DNA from: Candidatus Bathyarchaeia archaeon
Lineage (GTDB): Archaea; Thermoproteota; Bathyarchaeia; 40CM-2-53-6
Assembly: GCA_049521055.1 (NCBI GenBank)
Contig: JBEKPE010000002.1
Location: 1 to 61,240, forward strand
Length of the DNA stretch: 61,240 bases
Direction of reading: 5' to 3'
Shown here: piece by piece, positions 29,221 to 37,421 of the stretch
Layout: each line of letters opens with the position of its first letter
How positions within the stretch are numbered: position 1 is the first letter of the stretch
Position numbers and translations under genes: made by a program
The notes under the pieces: model-generated
The model's database searches: none
What the model was told of the DNA's origin: nothing
The model's input: only the letters and a program-made list of their open reading frames with translations

Positions 29221-30108
29221 TCATGGGGAGTTCGAGGCTTCAACGGCAGCCGTAAACCGGTCGTATGCTGTGCTGAACAGGTTGTCCTTTCGAACGTAGG
29301 CTGCTCCCTCGCGTAGGTTGCGGATCAAATTACTTCGGGTTCTGTTGTGAATTGTGTTTCGCATTGTGTTGGTATGTTTGACGAATTCCTTGAAGAGTTG
29401 CGTTGAGTATTTGTTGTCGGCCAGAATCGAGACTTCGTTCTCAAGTCTTTCATGGTAGAGCTCTTCCGCTACAAGGAGTTGTAGCCTGAAAGTTGTTCCA
29501 GCAATGGCTCGGGCTTGGTTAGGTGTCAGCCCGGTGCCCTTCAGAGTGTTGATGAATGCAAAGTTCATGAAATGTGGCAAGGCCAATGTTGCAGCAACAA
29601 TTTGGTCGTGGTCCTCCAGGTTGCTTGGAATTATGTTTGCTTGCCTTTTCCTAAAGAGCGATAGGAAATTGCTCGCAGCTTTACTTCCCCGCGGTTGATG
29701 TGCGATTATGATTGCTTTACCCGCTAAGTTTTTCGCTGGTCCGGGCCCAAACATGGGATGAATGCTTAGAATCTGGAAGCCGCGCTTTGCTAGACCCCTA
29801 ATCGTTCTCTTGATAGGTTCTTTTACCGAGGAGATTTCTACAAGAAGAGTCCGTCGGGATATATGCGGCTCGATACGCTTGAGGATTGGTACGGTTACAT
29901 GTGTGGGCGTAGTTAGGATGACTAATTGAGAGAGTTGGGCAGCCGCGATTTCGTTCGTCATGAATTCGAATCCTTTCCGATTGGCCGACCCTCGTGCGAG
30001 GCGGTTTTCTCTGTCACATATTATGATCCGGTATCCATTTGCCGAGAGAAAATCTGCGAACCAGGACCCCATTCGTCCTGCGCCGCCGATTATGGTTGCT
30101 ACTGCCAT
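29221..30108 (-). CDS. tyrA: Prephenate dehydrogenase
   Basis: IIGGAGRMG Rossmann motif, EISSVK, SIHPMFGP, HDQIVAATLALPH. Confidence 0.9.
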   Translation of the reverse strand: MAVATIIGGAGRMGSWFADFLSANGYRIIICDRENRLARGSANRKGFEFMTNEIAAAQLSQLVILTTPTHVTVPILKRIEPHISRRTLLVEISSVKEPIKRTIRGLAKRGFQILSIHPMFGPGPAKNLAGKAIIIAHQPRGSKAASNFLSLFRKRQANIIPSNLEDHDQIVAATLALPHFMNFAFINTLKGTGLTPNQARAIAGTTFRLQLLVAEELYHERLENEVSILADNKYSTQLFKEFVKHTNTMRNTIHNRTRSNLIRNLREGAAYVRKDNLFSTAYDRFTAAVEASNSP

Positions 30109-31514
30109 GCGTCAATCGCCCTTCCGATAGCCTTGATTGCGCGTGGAATTTGCGCTCGCGGTAATGACACGGCGAGCCGGAAGAATTCCGGGTAGTCACC
30201 GAACGATAGGCCAGGAGTAATGCTTACATGATGTTCCTCTAGGAGTCGTTTCGCAAACTTCACGGAGTCGAAGTTGTGTTTGTTGGCCTTGGGGAAAACG
30301 TAGAATGCACCCTCTGGCCTGTGGAATGAAACATCGATCTTTTCGAGCTCTCCGCAGGTGAGGTCTACTTTCTTCATGATCGCCTTCACATTTCGTTGTG
30401 CCTCAGCCCCGGCATGTTTGATCGCGACTAGGGCGGCGTTCTGGATGAATTCCGGTACGCAGGTTATAGCTGTCTGCAGCACTCGTCGAATTCGCATGGC
30501 GTTTGATTTTGTAGTGACGAGGTAAGCTATTCTCCAGCCGGTCATCCCAAACTGTTTGGAGAAACTATTGATGTAAACAAAGTTATCGTAGCTACTGTCT
30601 AACATGCTCGGGGCTGGAGAACGAACATATCGATCGTAGACTTCGTCTGAAAGTATCATGGTATTGCATTTTGCAGCCATGGCTACGATTTGTTCGAATT
30701 TCTCCTTACCAATGACTCTGCCCGTGGGGTTGCATGGACTATTGAGAACCAGGAGCTTAGTGCCCTTCTTGAGTTCCGACTCTAGCGTCGTTAGGTCAAT
30801 GTCCCAGTGATTTTCAAAAGTCGAGTTCAATGGAATTACTCGGCCTTTGACGAAATTCACACATTCTTCGTAGGCGGGCCAGCTTGGTTGAGGTATCACG
30901 ACTCGTTCTAGGGACGAGACGAAACTGGTGATTGCCGCGAAGATGCCGAACCTACCGCCAGGTGTGATTAAGATTTGATCAGGCTCAATCTCAGTTCCAT
31001 GCCGCTGGTTCAGCTCAGCTGCAAGCGCTTCTCTTAACGGGGGTAATCCTGCGGCGGGTCCGTAGCCGATAACGTTCTTCTTCCGGAATGTGGAACTCAA
31101 CGCACGTATTACTTGAGGAGGGGCGGGGAAGTTTGGTTCCCCGATCTCGAATCTTGTGACCTTAGTGCCTTGTGATATGAGTTTCTGGGTTAGTTCGAAA
31201 ATCTCCTTCGCCAATTGGTCTTTCGACTGTTGCGGTTGAGCAATGTCCTCTACTCGAACTGTTTCTTCGATGAGTAGCTCGCCTAGGCGTCTCGTGAGGG
31301 ATCGATCTAGGCCAAGTTGTGCCCCAAATTGCGTAAGGCTGTGCATTGTGACCGTTTCGGCATCGGAGTCTATCGTCGGCAGGCCTTTGCTATGTTTGAC
31401 GTCGGCAACTTGGCTCCCAATCGTCAACCGTTCCTTGATCAGGGATAGGATTTGTTTGTCGGTTTCACGTATCTTCATCCGGTAATCTTCGAGCGTGTTC
31501 AAGACAGACGCCAC
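30099..31514 (-). CDS. Chorismate mutase (AroQ) - class I aminotransferase fusion
   Basis: The N-terminal ~85 aa (YRMKIRETDKQILSLIKER...K) are AroQ-like. The C-terminal part has FEIGEPNF, NSPCNPTG, SDEVY and the PLP lysine in SFSKQFGMTGWR. Confidence 0.88.
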   Translation of the reverse strand: MASVLNTLEDYRMKIRETDKQILSLIKERLTIGSQVADVKHSKGLPTIDSDAETVTMHSLTQFGAQLGLDRSLTRRLGELLIEETVRVEDIAQPQQSKDQLAKEIFELTQKLISQGTKVTRFEIGEPNFPAPPQVIRALSSTFRKKNVIGYGPAAGLPPLREALAAELNQRHGTEIEPDQILITPGGRFGIFAAITSFVSSLERVVIPQPSWPAYEECVNFVKGRVIPLNSTFENHWDIDLTTLESELKKGTKLLVLNSPCNPTGRVIGKEKFEQIVAMAAKCNTMILSDEVYDRYVRSPAPSMLDSSYDNFVYINSFSKQFGMTGWRIAYLVTTKSNAMRIRRVLQTAITCVPEFIQNAALVAIKHAGAEAQRNVKAIMKKVDLTCGELEKIDVSFHRPEGAFYVFPKANKHNFDSVKFAKRLLEEHHVSITPGLSFGDYPEFFRLAVSLPRAQIPRAIKAIGRAIDAWQ

Positions 31515-31574
31515 AGTAAATGAGTTTACTGCAACTATTCTACGCTCGATTAAAGATAATCGTTACCGAACGAT

Positions 31575-32654
31575 TTATCTTTCCACGAATCCGAGTTCGT
31601 TTCCGTTGGTCGCCAGTTTGACATAGCCTAGCTCTATCGTATGGATTCCCTCCGCAGGCTTGGCGTAGACTCTGATTATGCTAGAATCGAGAGCTAGTAA
31701 GATCCCGATCTGTACCAAGTATCGTTTTTCGTCGAGAAGACCAACGATAATATTCCTCAATTCACTGCGCTTTGATTTGCCCAGGAAAGAGAGGTTTTCG
31801 GGAATAGACAATTGCACTTCTGGTAGAGTGAAAGTTCTCACACTCCCTCCATCTAGGAATCTACGATACCCATCGATCCGTATCTTTCGCCTGTCGCTGC
31901 TGGACCGTGATAACACTTCCTTGGCCGGTTCGACGGACATTGATTGTGCCCCACTTCCGGCCAAGATGGGTTGAAGTTCATTTCTGAAGCCTAGCCCAAT
32001 TACTAGGTCGGGTTTGGTTTGAGCGATCAGCTCGATCTTATACTGGATCGCCTCGGGATCCGCGACCCACCCGTCGGTGTTTATGATCGTGAGTGAATCT
32101 TCCGCTCGAGCAGATAGTCTTCGAATGCCATCAATTAGTTTCCCTTTAACCTGGCCCGGGCTTGTGTTCCCGATGAAGATCCGGGCGTCGGGAACTAATT
32201 CCGTTAGAGATGTAATCAAGTTCCTTGTCTCTGCTCTAGCTATCGTAGTTGGTGGACCCAGATCCGCCTGCCCCACGTCCGCATCGATGATGGACAGTTT
32301 CTGCCCTAGCAGCTTGTTAACCAAATAGACGCACAGAGTGGTCTTTCCCACGTCGGTCGGTCCTATCACTGCCACCTTTCCTTGATCCATTTCGCTTAGG
32401 GCTTCGGCTGCAATGCTCCATGAAGGAGGGATAGTGCTGCCTTGAATCTCGAATATTTCAGCGGATTTTCCAAGAGCTATCTCTAATTTTGCACCTTGCG
32501 CCGCTTCAATCGGAAGTTGTTTCTCGTTCAAGATGGTTGTTCGTTGATGCGGTTGAATGGTTGCTCCCAAAATTGACGCTTGACCGTCGAGAAGGACTAT
32601 GGTAGCTGGTCCACGAACGAGCAACGTCTTGTTGGGAAGTAATTCACGGAGCAT
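31575..32654 (-). CDS. Clp1/Nol9-family polynucleotide 5'-OH kinase
   Basis: VRGPA N-terminal domain, Walker A GPTDVGKTT, DADVGQADLGPP, INTDGW. Confidence 0.88.
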   Translation of the reverse strand: MLRELLPNKTLLVRGPATIVLLDGQASILGATIQPHQRTTILNEKQLPIEAAQGAKLEIALGKSAEIFEIQGSTIPPSWSIAAEALSEMDQGKVAVIGPTDVGKTTLCVYLVNKLLGQKLSIIDADVGQADLGPPTTIARAETRNLITSLTELVPDARIFIGNTSPGQVKGKLIDGIRRLSARAEDSLTIINTDGWVADPEAIQYKIELIAQTKPDLVIGLGFRNELQPILAGSGAQSMSVEPAKEVLSRSSSDRRKIRIDGYRRFLDGGSVRTFTLPEVQLSIPENLSFLGKSKRSELRNIIVGLLDEKRYLVQIGILLALDSSIIRVYAKPAEGIHTIELGYVKLATNGNELGFVER

Positions 32655-32761
32655 TATGGGTCATGTGCGAACTTGGTGTAACATTTACGGGTATAGGAGC
32701 CAGTGAATATTGCTAAATACAGTATCGGACCTTCTCGATTGCTTGGCTGGCTGGTTCTCTA

Positions 32762-33175
32762 ATGAAGGTTGACGATTATGACGTTCCCGATGGACTCCAT
32801 TATACTAAGGAGCATGAGTGGGTGAGCGTGGAAAACGGTCTATGTCGTGTTGGAATAACAGATTATGCGCAAAAGTCTCTGCACGAGGTCGTTTATGTCG
32901 ACTTGCCGCAGTTGGGTAAGAATTTGGCTCAAAACGCAGCGTTCGGCACGGTGGAGTCGGTTAAGGCGGTTTCGGAGCTTTACTCTCCGGTATCCGGTGA
33001 TGTTGCGGAGCGTAACGAGAAATTAATCCAATCACCTGAGTCAGTGAATCAGGATCCGTATGGGGCCGGCTGGATTGTCATAGTTAAGCCTTCGCAGTTA
33101 GAAGCGGATATGAAGACGCTCTTGGGTGCCGAAAGTTACTCAGCTTTTCTGATGGAAGTTATCAAGAAGAAGTGA
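32762..33175 (+). CDS. gcvH: Glycine cleavage system H protein
   Basis: YTKEHEW, VGITDYAQ, lipoyl-Lys motif VESVKA, NQDPYGAGW. Confidence 0.96.
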   Translation: MKVDDYDVPDGLHYTKEHEWVSVENGLCRVGITDYAQKSLHEVVYVDLPQLGKNLAQNAAFGTVESVKAVSELYSPVSGDVAERNEKLIQSPESVNQDPYGAGWIVIVKPSQLEADMKTLLGAESYSAFLMEVIKKK

Positions 33176-33263
33176 AGACTCCACTTGACGTAGACGATGA
33201 TCTTCCATCGTTCATGCATTAATTTAAAAATGGGCTGGAAGGGAATAGCTGGACTGAACCCGC

Positions 33264-33629
33264 ATGAATTTAACGCAAAATTCTACCCTCGACGAGCGGT
33301 TGAAGCAGTCACGTGTGTTTAGGCGAGTCGCTCTGAGAAAGCTACAGCAGCGAAAACTGAAGGAAGGGCAGGAGCAGAGGGACGTGTACTCTACCGTCGC
33401 GTCAGAATTCCTCAGTCTTCCCTCTCTTGACAACGTCGATCGCCTTTCAACCGTCTACGGCTACTCAAGGGTTCGCAGAGCGATCAGTCTCCTCGACAAC
33501 TTGGTCTTTGAAGAATTCTTTTACGGAAAACTCTACCTTTACCCACTGTGGATCAAACAGTTCGCTCGGCTACTCGACGCAGCCAGACCGCGGGCCATTG
33601 TAAAGGAATTAATGTCCAGCCAAGAATAG
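33264..33629 (+). CDS. Hypothetical protein
   Basis: Fills the gap between gcvH and radB on the same strand, with a TTTAAAA TATA-like box upstream. No family recognised. The start may be the GTG near 33314. Confidence 0.55.
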   Translation: MNLTQNSTLDERLKQSRVFRRVALRKLQQRKLKEGQEQRDVYSTVASEFLSLPSLDNVDRLSTVYGYSRVRRAISLLDNLVFEEFFYGKLYLYPLWIKQFARLLDAARPRAIVKELMSSQE

Positions 33630-33729
33630 ATCTCCCGAGGATTAGGGAGACCTGATTCCGAGCCTTGGATTAGATACGGCACCCAGGCCGGAAGAATCTA
33701 TGTTTCGTACGGGAAGGGTAGTTTGATAG

Positions 33730-34434
33730 TTGCCCGCAGCGGTGGAGAAGATTCCCATTGGTTGTGCCAGCCTCGATAGGATGATTCGGGGAGGTTTCGC
33801 TAGAGGAGAGGTGGCGTTGATTTATGGTGAAGCCGCAACAGGAAAAACAACCACTGTAATCCAAGCCGCCGCTTCCTCTGCTAAAATGAGACTGAAAGTG
33901 ATCTACATTGATTCCGATCGCTCCTTCACCCAACAGAGGTTTGGCCAAATTGCAGGGAGCCAATCCCAGGACATCAGCGAACTAATCTCGCTATTCTTTC
34001 CCGATACGTTTTCAGAGCAAAGAGCAATGATAGAATCACTCGAGAATTATGTTACGCCCTCACTTGGAATGGTGGTAGTTGATTCGGTCAGCTCGGTGTA
34101 TCGCGCCGCCTTTTCCGACACGGCTAGCATCTTCAGTTTAAACCGAGACTTGGGTGGACAATTAGCATACTTAGGTGAACTAGCTTCATCACACAACATT
34201 GCATGCATAATTACGAGCCAGGTTCATTCTCGCCTAAAGCCTCCCGTGACCGATATCGAACCCGTCGCACGCCGAACCCTTTTTCATTTTTCGCGAACGA
34301 TCCTTAGGACCAGAAACACTCCGAAACCAAGCGTCAGAGAATTTGTTTTGGAGCGGATCAACGGGACGGATATCCCTAGAACTAGCTGTTTAGTGCGGTT
34401 GCAGGAAAGTGGACTAGCCGATACTGCAGCCTAG
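33730..34434 (+). CDS. radB: RadB/RadA-paralog RecA-family ATPase
   Basis: LDRMIRGG, Walker A GEAATGKTT, YIDSD, Walker B VVVDS, ITSQV. Lacks the RadA N-terminal domain. Confidence 0.75.
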   Translation: MPAAVEKIPIGCASLDRMIRGGFARGEVALIYGEAATGKTTTVIQAAASSAKMRLKVIYIDSDRSFTQQRFGQIAGSQSQDISELISLFFPDTFSEQRAMIESLENYVTPSLGMVVVDSVSSVYRAAFSDTASIFSLNRDLGGQLAYLGELASSHNIACIITSQVHSRLKPPVTDIEPVARRTLFHFSRTILRTRNTPKPSVREFVLERINGTDIPRTSCLVRLQESGLADTAA

Positions 34435-34475
34435 TTTTTATTTCCACGATCTAAGCGTTAGCGGCATTCCACCTG

Positions 34476-34985
34476 GTGAAAGAATTGTGGCCGCAACCGC
34501 AGGATTGGCTCTCAGCTCTCTACATAATCCTGCCCACATACTGCGCGAACGCTGCCCCAGTAATCTTCGGAGGCGGACGCTCGATCGATTTTGGAAAGAG
34601 GCTGCCTGACGGGCAAAGAATTCTCGGAGACAACAAGACATTTCGAGGGTTCATCAGCGGAATCATGGTCGGGGCATTAGTTGGTTTGCTCTGTTCCTAC
34701 GTACTCTCTATGAATCTGATGATCATCGCACTCCCGGCTTCACTAGGAGCTTTGCTGGGAGATTTGGCGGGGGCGTTTCTTAAGAGAAGATTGCATATTA
34801 GACCTGGAGGATCGTTGCCTGGGGTGGATCAACTGGACTTCGTCGTAGGATCGGTACTCCTTGTTTCGCTATTTTCGCCGATCCCTGCTTTGGTCATCCT
34901 GATCTTACTTGTCGTTACTCCACCGATTCACTTTCTAACGAATGTCGGTGCCTATCTTCTGGGTTTGAAGGAGAACTACTGGTAA
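34476..34985 (+). CDS. carS: CDP-archaeol synthase
   Basis: ANAAPVIFGGG, IDFGK..DG.RILGDNKTFRG, LLGDLAGAFLKRR, PGVDQLDF. Confidence 0.92.
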   Translation: MKELWPQPQDWLSALYIILPTYCANAAPVIFGGGRSIDFGKRLPDGQRILGDNKTFRGFISGIMVGALVGLLCSYVLSMNLMIIALPASLGALLGDLAGAFLKRRLHIRPGGSLPGVDQLDFVVGSVLLVSLFSPIPALVILILLVVTPPIHFLTNVGAYLLGLKENYW

Positions 34986-34991
34986 ACGAAG

Positions 34992-35447
34992 TCAGCCGAT
35001 TTTGGTGTTGATCAGTGAAGTGGAGTAGAATACAACTATGAGAACGGTGAGGGTCCCGAGAATCAGGAGCAGGTATGCGTTGCGCGGTCTGTAGGCGTAC
35101 CTCGTGCTACGAAGCAGCATGTAGAGACCGGCTAGACCAAGAAAGTATAGGAACATAGCAATCAAGCTCTCATTCAAGGTCTGTTGTCCAAGAGTGCCCT
35201 GGATTACCACCGAGTATCCGTATGATGTAGGTAGAAGCGAGATTGGATGTTCAAGTATATCATAAATGCCACCAGCCAAAACGAACCCAACGAAGATGAC
35301 AACCGCCAGCGCCAAAACTGTTGTCGAAGGTTTCATCCTCCGCGTGGTCGGTCCTCTGAAAGACCGGAATGAGTAGCCGAAGTTACCAAAGAGCCGCTGC
35401 ATCTTCCATGGCACTCTACGTAATCTGATGCGAAGACCTTCGAGCAT
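34992..35447 (-). CDS. OSTC/DC2-like (OST3/OST6 family) oligosaccharyltransferase accessory subunit
   Basis: Three TM helices, 151 aa from ATG 35447. The segments PSTTVLAL, GGIYDILEHP, Q..NES....FLYFLGLAGLYMLLRS and AYLLLILG line up by eye with the remembered human OSTC sequence. Confidence 0.75.
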   Translation of the reverse strand: MLEGLRIRLRRVPWKMQRLFGNFGYSFRSFRGPTTRRMKPSTTVLALAVVIFVGFVLAGGIYDILEHPISLLPTSYGYSVVIQGTLGQQTLNESLIAMFLYFLGLAGLYMLLRSTRYAYRPRNAYLLLILGTLTVLIVVFYSTSLINTKIG

Positions 35448-35531
35448 GTCGCAGTTCACTAGCAGTGGGAACGACCAAGAGGCTAAAATATGTTGCCTTG
35501 CTTGTTGGGTGCCCTTAAGCGTGGTTCAATT

Positions 35532-35708
35532 TTGCCCCAGAAGATTTTCTGTCAAGAGTGCGGCTCAGTCCTCTATCATGGGTTGGAGCTTGAAACTCCA
35601 ACAGAAATCATACAGAGGCATAACGGCATATGCCCTCAATGTAAGAGGAAACTCGACTTCGAAACCGAGAATGTCAAAATAGCCCCAAACGAGGAAGTAG
35701 CGAAGTAA
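35532..35708 (+). CDS. Small Zn-finger protein
   Basis: MPQKIFCQECGSVLY...CPQCKRKLDF, with two CxxC pairs. TTG start at 35532. Confidence 0.8.
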   Translation: MPQKIFCQECGSVLYHGLELETPTEIIQRHNGICPQCKRKLDFETENVKIAPNEEVAK

Positions 35709-35757
35709 GCCGCGTCATATCGAAGCTATTGCCGTAAGAGTACCTCAGTGAAGTGGT

Positions 35758-36885
35758 TTGCCCAAAAGCGTGCAAATCCAAGCTTTTCACGATAACCATG
35801 GACATTTGACTGAATTCGCCGGTTTCAACCTCCCGCTTTGGTTCAAGGGAATAATTCCAGAATCACTCGCAGTCAGGAACGCGGTCGGAATCTTTGATGT
35901 TAGCCACATGGGTCGAGCGTTGGTCCGAGGGCGGGACTCGCAACGGTTCCTAGACTACATTACGACAAACGACGTCGCCTCTCTCAACAAAGGCTCGGGT
36001 CAGTATTCCCTACTCTGTAATTCAGTCGGCGGAATCAAAGACGACGTTCTAGTCTTCAACCTGCAGCAGGATCAATACTTGATCGTGTATAACGCCGCCA
36101 ACCGTGTAGGTGACTACGAATGGTTCGGCTCGACCAAGGGAAGGTTTGACGCGGAGGTTCAGGACGTGTCCGATGATATCACAATGTTCGCAGTACAAGG
36201 CCCGAAGGCCGTCCCCTTAATCACCAAACTAACCGACGCGCCCCTCGGCAATTTGCCGCGTTTCGCCTGCGATTGGGCGGAGATTGCGGGATCTAAAGTT
36301 CTGATTTCGAGAACCGGTTACACCGGTGAAGATGGGTTCGAAGTGTTCGTTTGGAACGCCCCTATCGGAAGCGCAGTGAACGCACAGAGAGTTTGGGATA
36401 AGATACTGGAGGCGGGCAGACCAATAGGCCTCGAGCCATGCGGCCTAGGTGCAAGAGATCTGTTGCGACTTGAGGCCGGACTCTGCCTGTACGGCACGGA
36501 TATGGACGAGAACACAAACCCCTTTGAAGCAAAATTAGGATTCGTTGTCAAACTGAACAAGGACTTCATTGGAAGAAGCAGCTTGCAAGAAGTCAAAGAA
36601 AAAGGCCCCCAGAAATTGCGAGTTGGTGTTGTAACAGAAAATCGAGTGATACCGAGGCACGGATTCAGCATTCTCCTCAATGAAGAAGAAATAGGTCGAG
36701 TAACAAGCGGCACCCTCTCCCCAATCCTGGACAAGGGCATAGCAATGGGTTACGTAACCCCACAAAACGCCAGCCAGAGTAACGCGGTCAAAATCAAGAT
36801 CAGGGACAGGATTGAAGGAGCAAAATTCGTGAAACCACCGTTCTACGATACCAGCAAGTATGGTTACTCACGAAGAACCCAATAA
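35758..36885 (+). CDS. gcvT: Glycine cleavage system T protein (aminomethyltransferase)
   Basis: FAGFNLP, FDVSHMG, AVQGP, SRTGYTGEDGFE, GLGARDLLRLEAG. Confidence 0.96.
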   Translation: MPKSVQIQAFHDNHGHLTEFAGFNLPLWFKGIIPESLAVRNAVGIFDVSHMGRALVRGRDSQRFLDYITTNDVASLNKGSGQYSLLCNSVGGIKDDVLVFNLQQDQYLIVYNAANRVGDYEWFGSTKGRFDAEVQDVSDDITMFAVQGPKAVPLITKLTDAPLGNLPRFACDWAEIAGSKVLISRTGYTGEDGFEVFVWNAPIGSAVNAQRVWDKILEAGRPIGLEPCGLGARDLLRLEAGLCLYGTDMDENTNPFEAKLGFVVKLNKDFIGRSSLQEVKEKGPQKLRVGVVTENRVIPRHGFSILLNEEEIGRVTSGTLSPILDKGIAMGYVTPQNASQSNAVKIKIRDRIEGAKFVKPPFYDTSKYGYSRRTQ

Positions 36886-37212
36886 CCTCTGTCGGTTCTG
36901 GTCACGTTCCAGTTTGGATCGAAGCCACTTGAGCGGACCTTCCTCCTCAGTACCCACGTAAGGGACCGTGTCTCTTCTCTCAGTCATCGCAGAGGTTGGA
37001 TTAAGGACCGTAACGATCGGATTCCAACGGTAACCCTTCAAGCTCGGCATAGGCGCACCGCATTCTAGGCACTGCTCTAATCCATCCGGGTTGGAGGTTC
37101 CGCATTGGGAACAGAATATTGGGTTCAGAATCGAACCGCAATTAATGCAATACCTACCATCGCTGACGTTCGGCTTTGCGCAAGATGGGCATGACAGGTA
37201 GGCATCAGGCAT
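36868..37212 (-). CDS. Double zinc-ribbon protein
   Basis: CPSC..N...YCINCG...CSQCG..N....CLECG followed by a charged tail. Confidence 0.75.
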   Translation of the reverse strand: MPDAYLSCPSCAKPNVSDGRYCINCGSILNPIFCSQCGTSNPDGLEQCLECGAPMPSLKGYRWNPIVTVLNPTSAMTERRDTVPYVGTEEEGPLKWLRSKLERDQNRQRLLGSS

Positions 37213-37421
37213 GGTATGATTACCAATCCCCACTGAAATCAGTGATTCGACCTGACAAGGTTTTCGGACACTGATGACTCGAAACTCGAACTAGCTCGCA
37301 TTGGTATCGCAAGCAGGTACGTCCAGAGTGTGAATGACATGGTGTTTGAATCGGTCGTTCTGCTTCATCAACCTTTTATAACGCGCTCAAAGTCTACCTT
37401 CGAAAATCTGCGGGTGCATAA

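Noticed and set aside
37215-37380. Possible C/D box sRNA (TGAT/CTGA elements and a CACTGA-AA-TCAGTG hairpin) between the DZR gene and aglB
   Set aside because: Box spacing does not give two 10-12-nt guides on either strand. The TTTTATAA near 37374-37381 is better explained as a divergent promoter.
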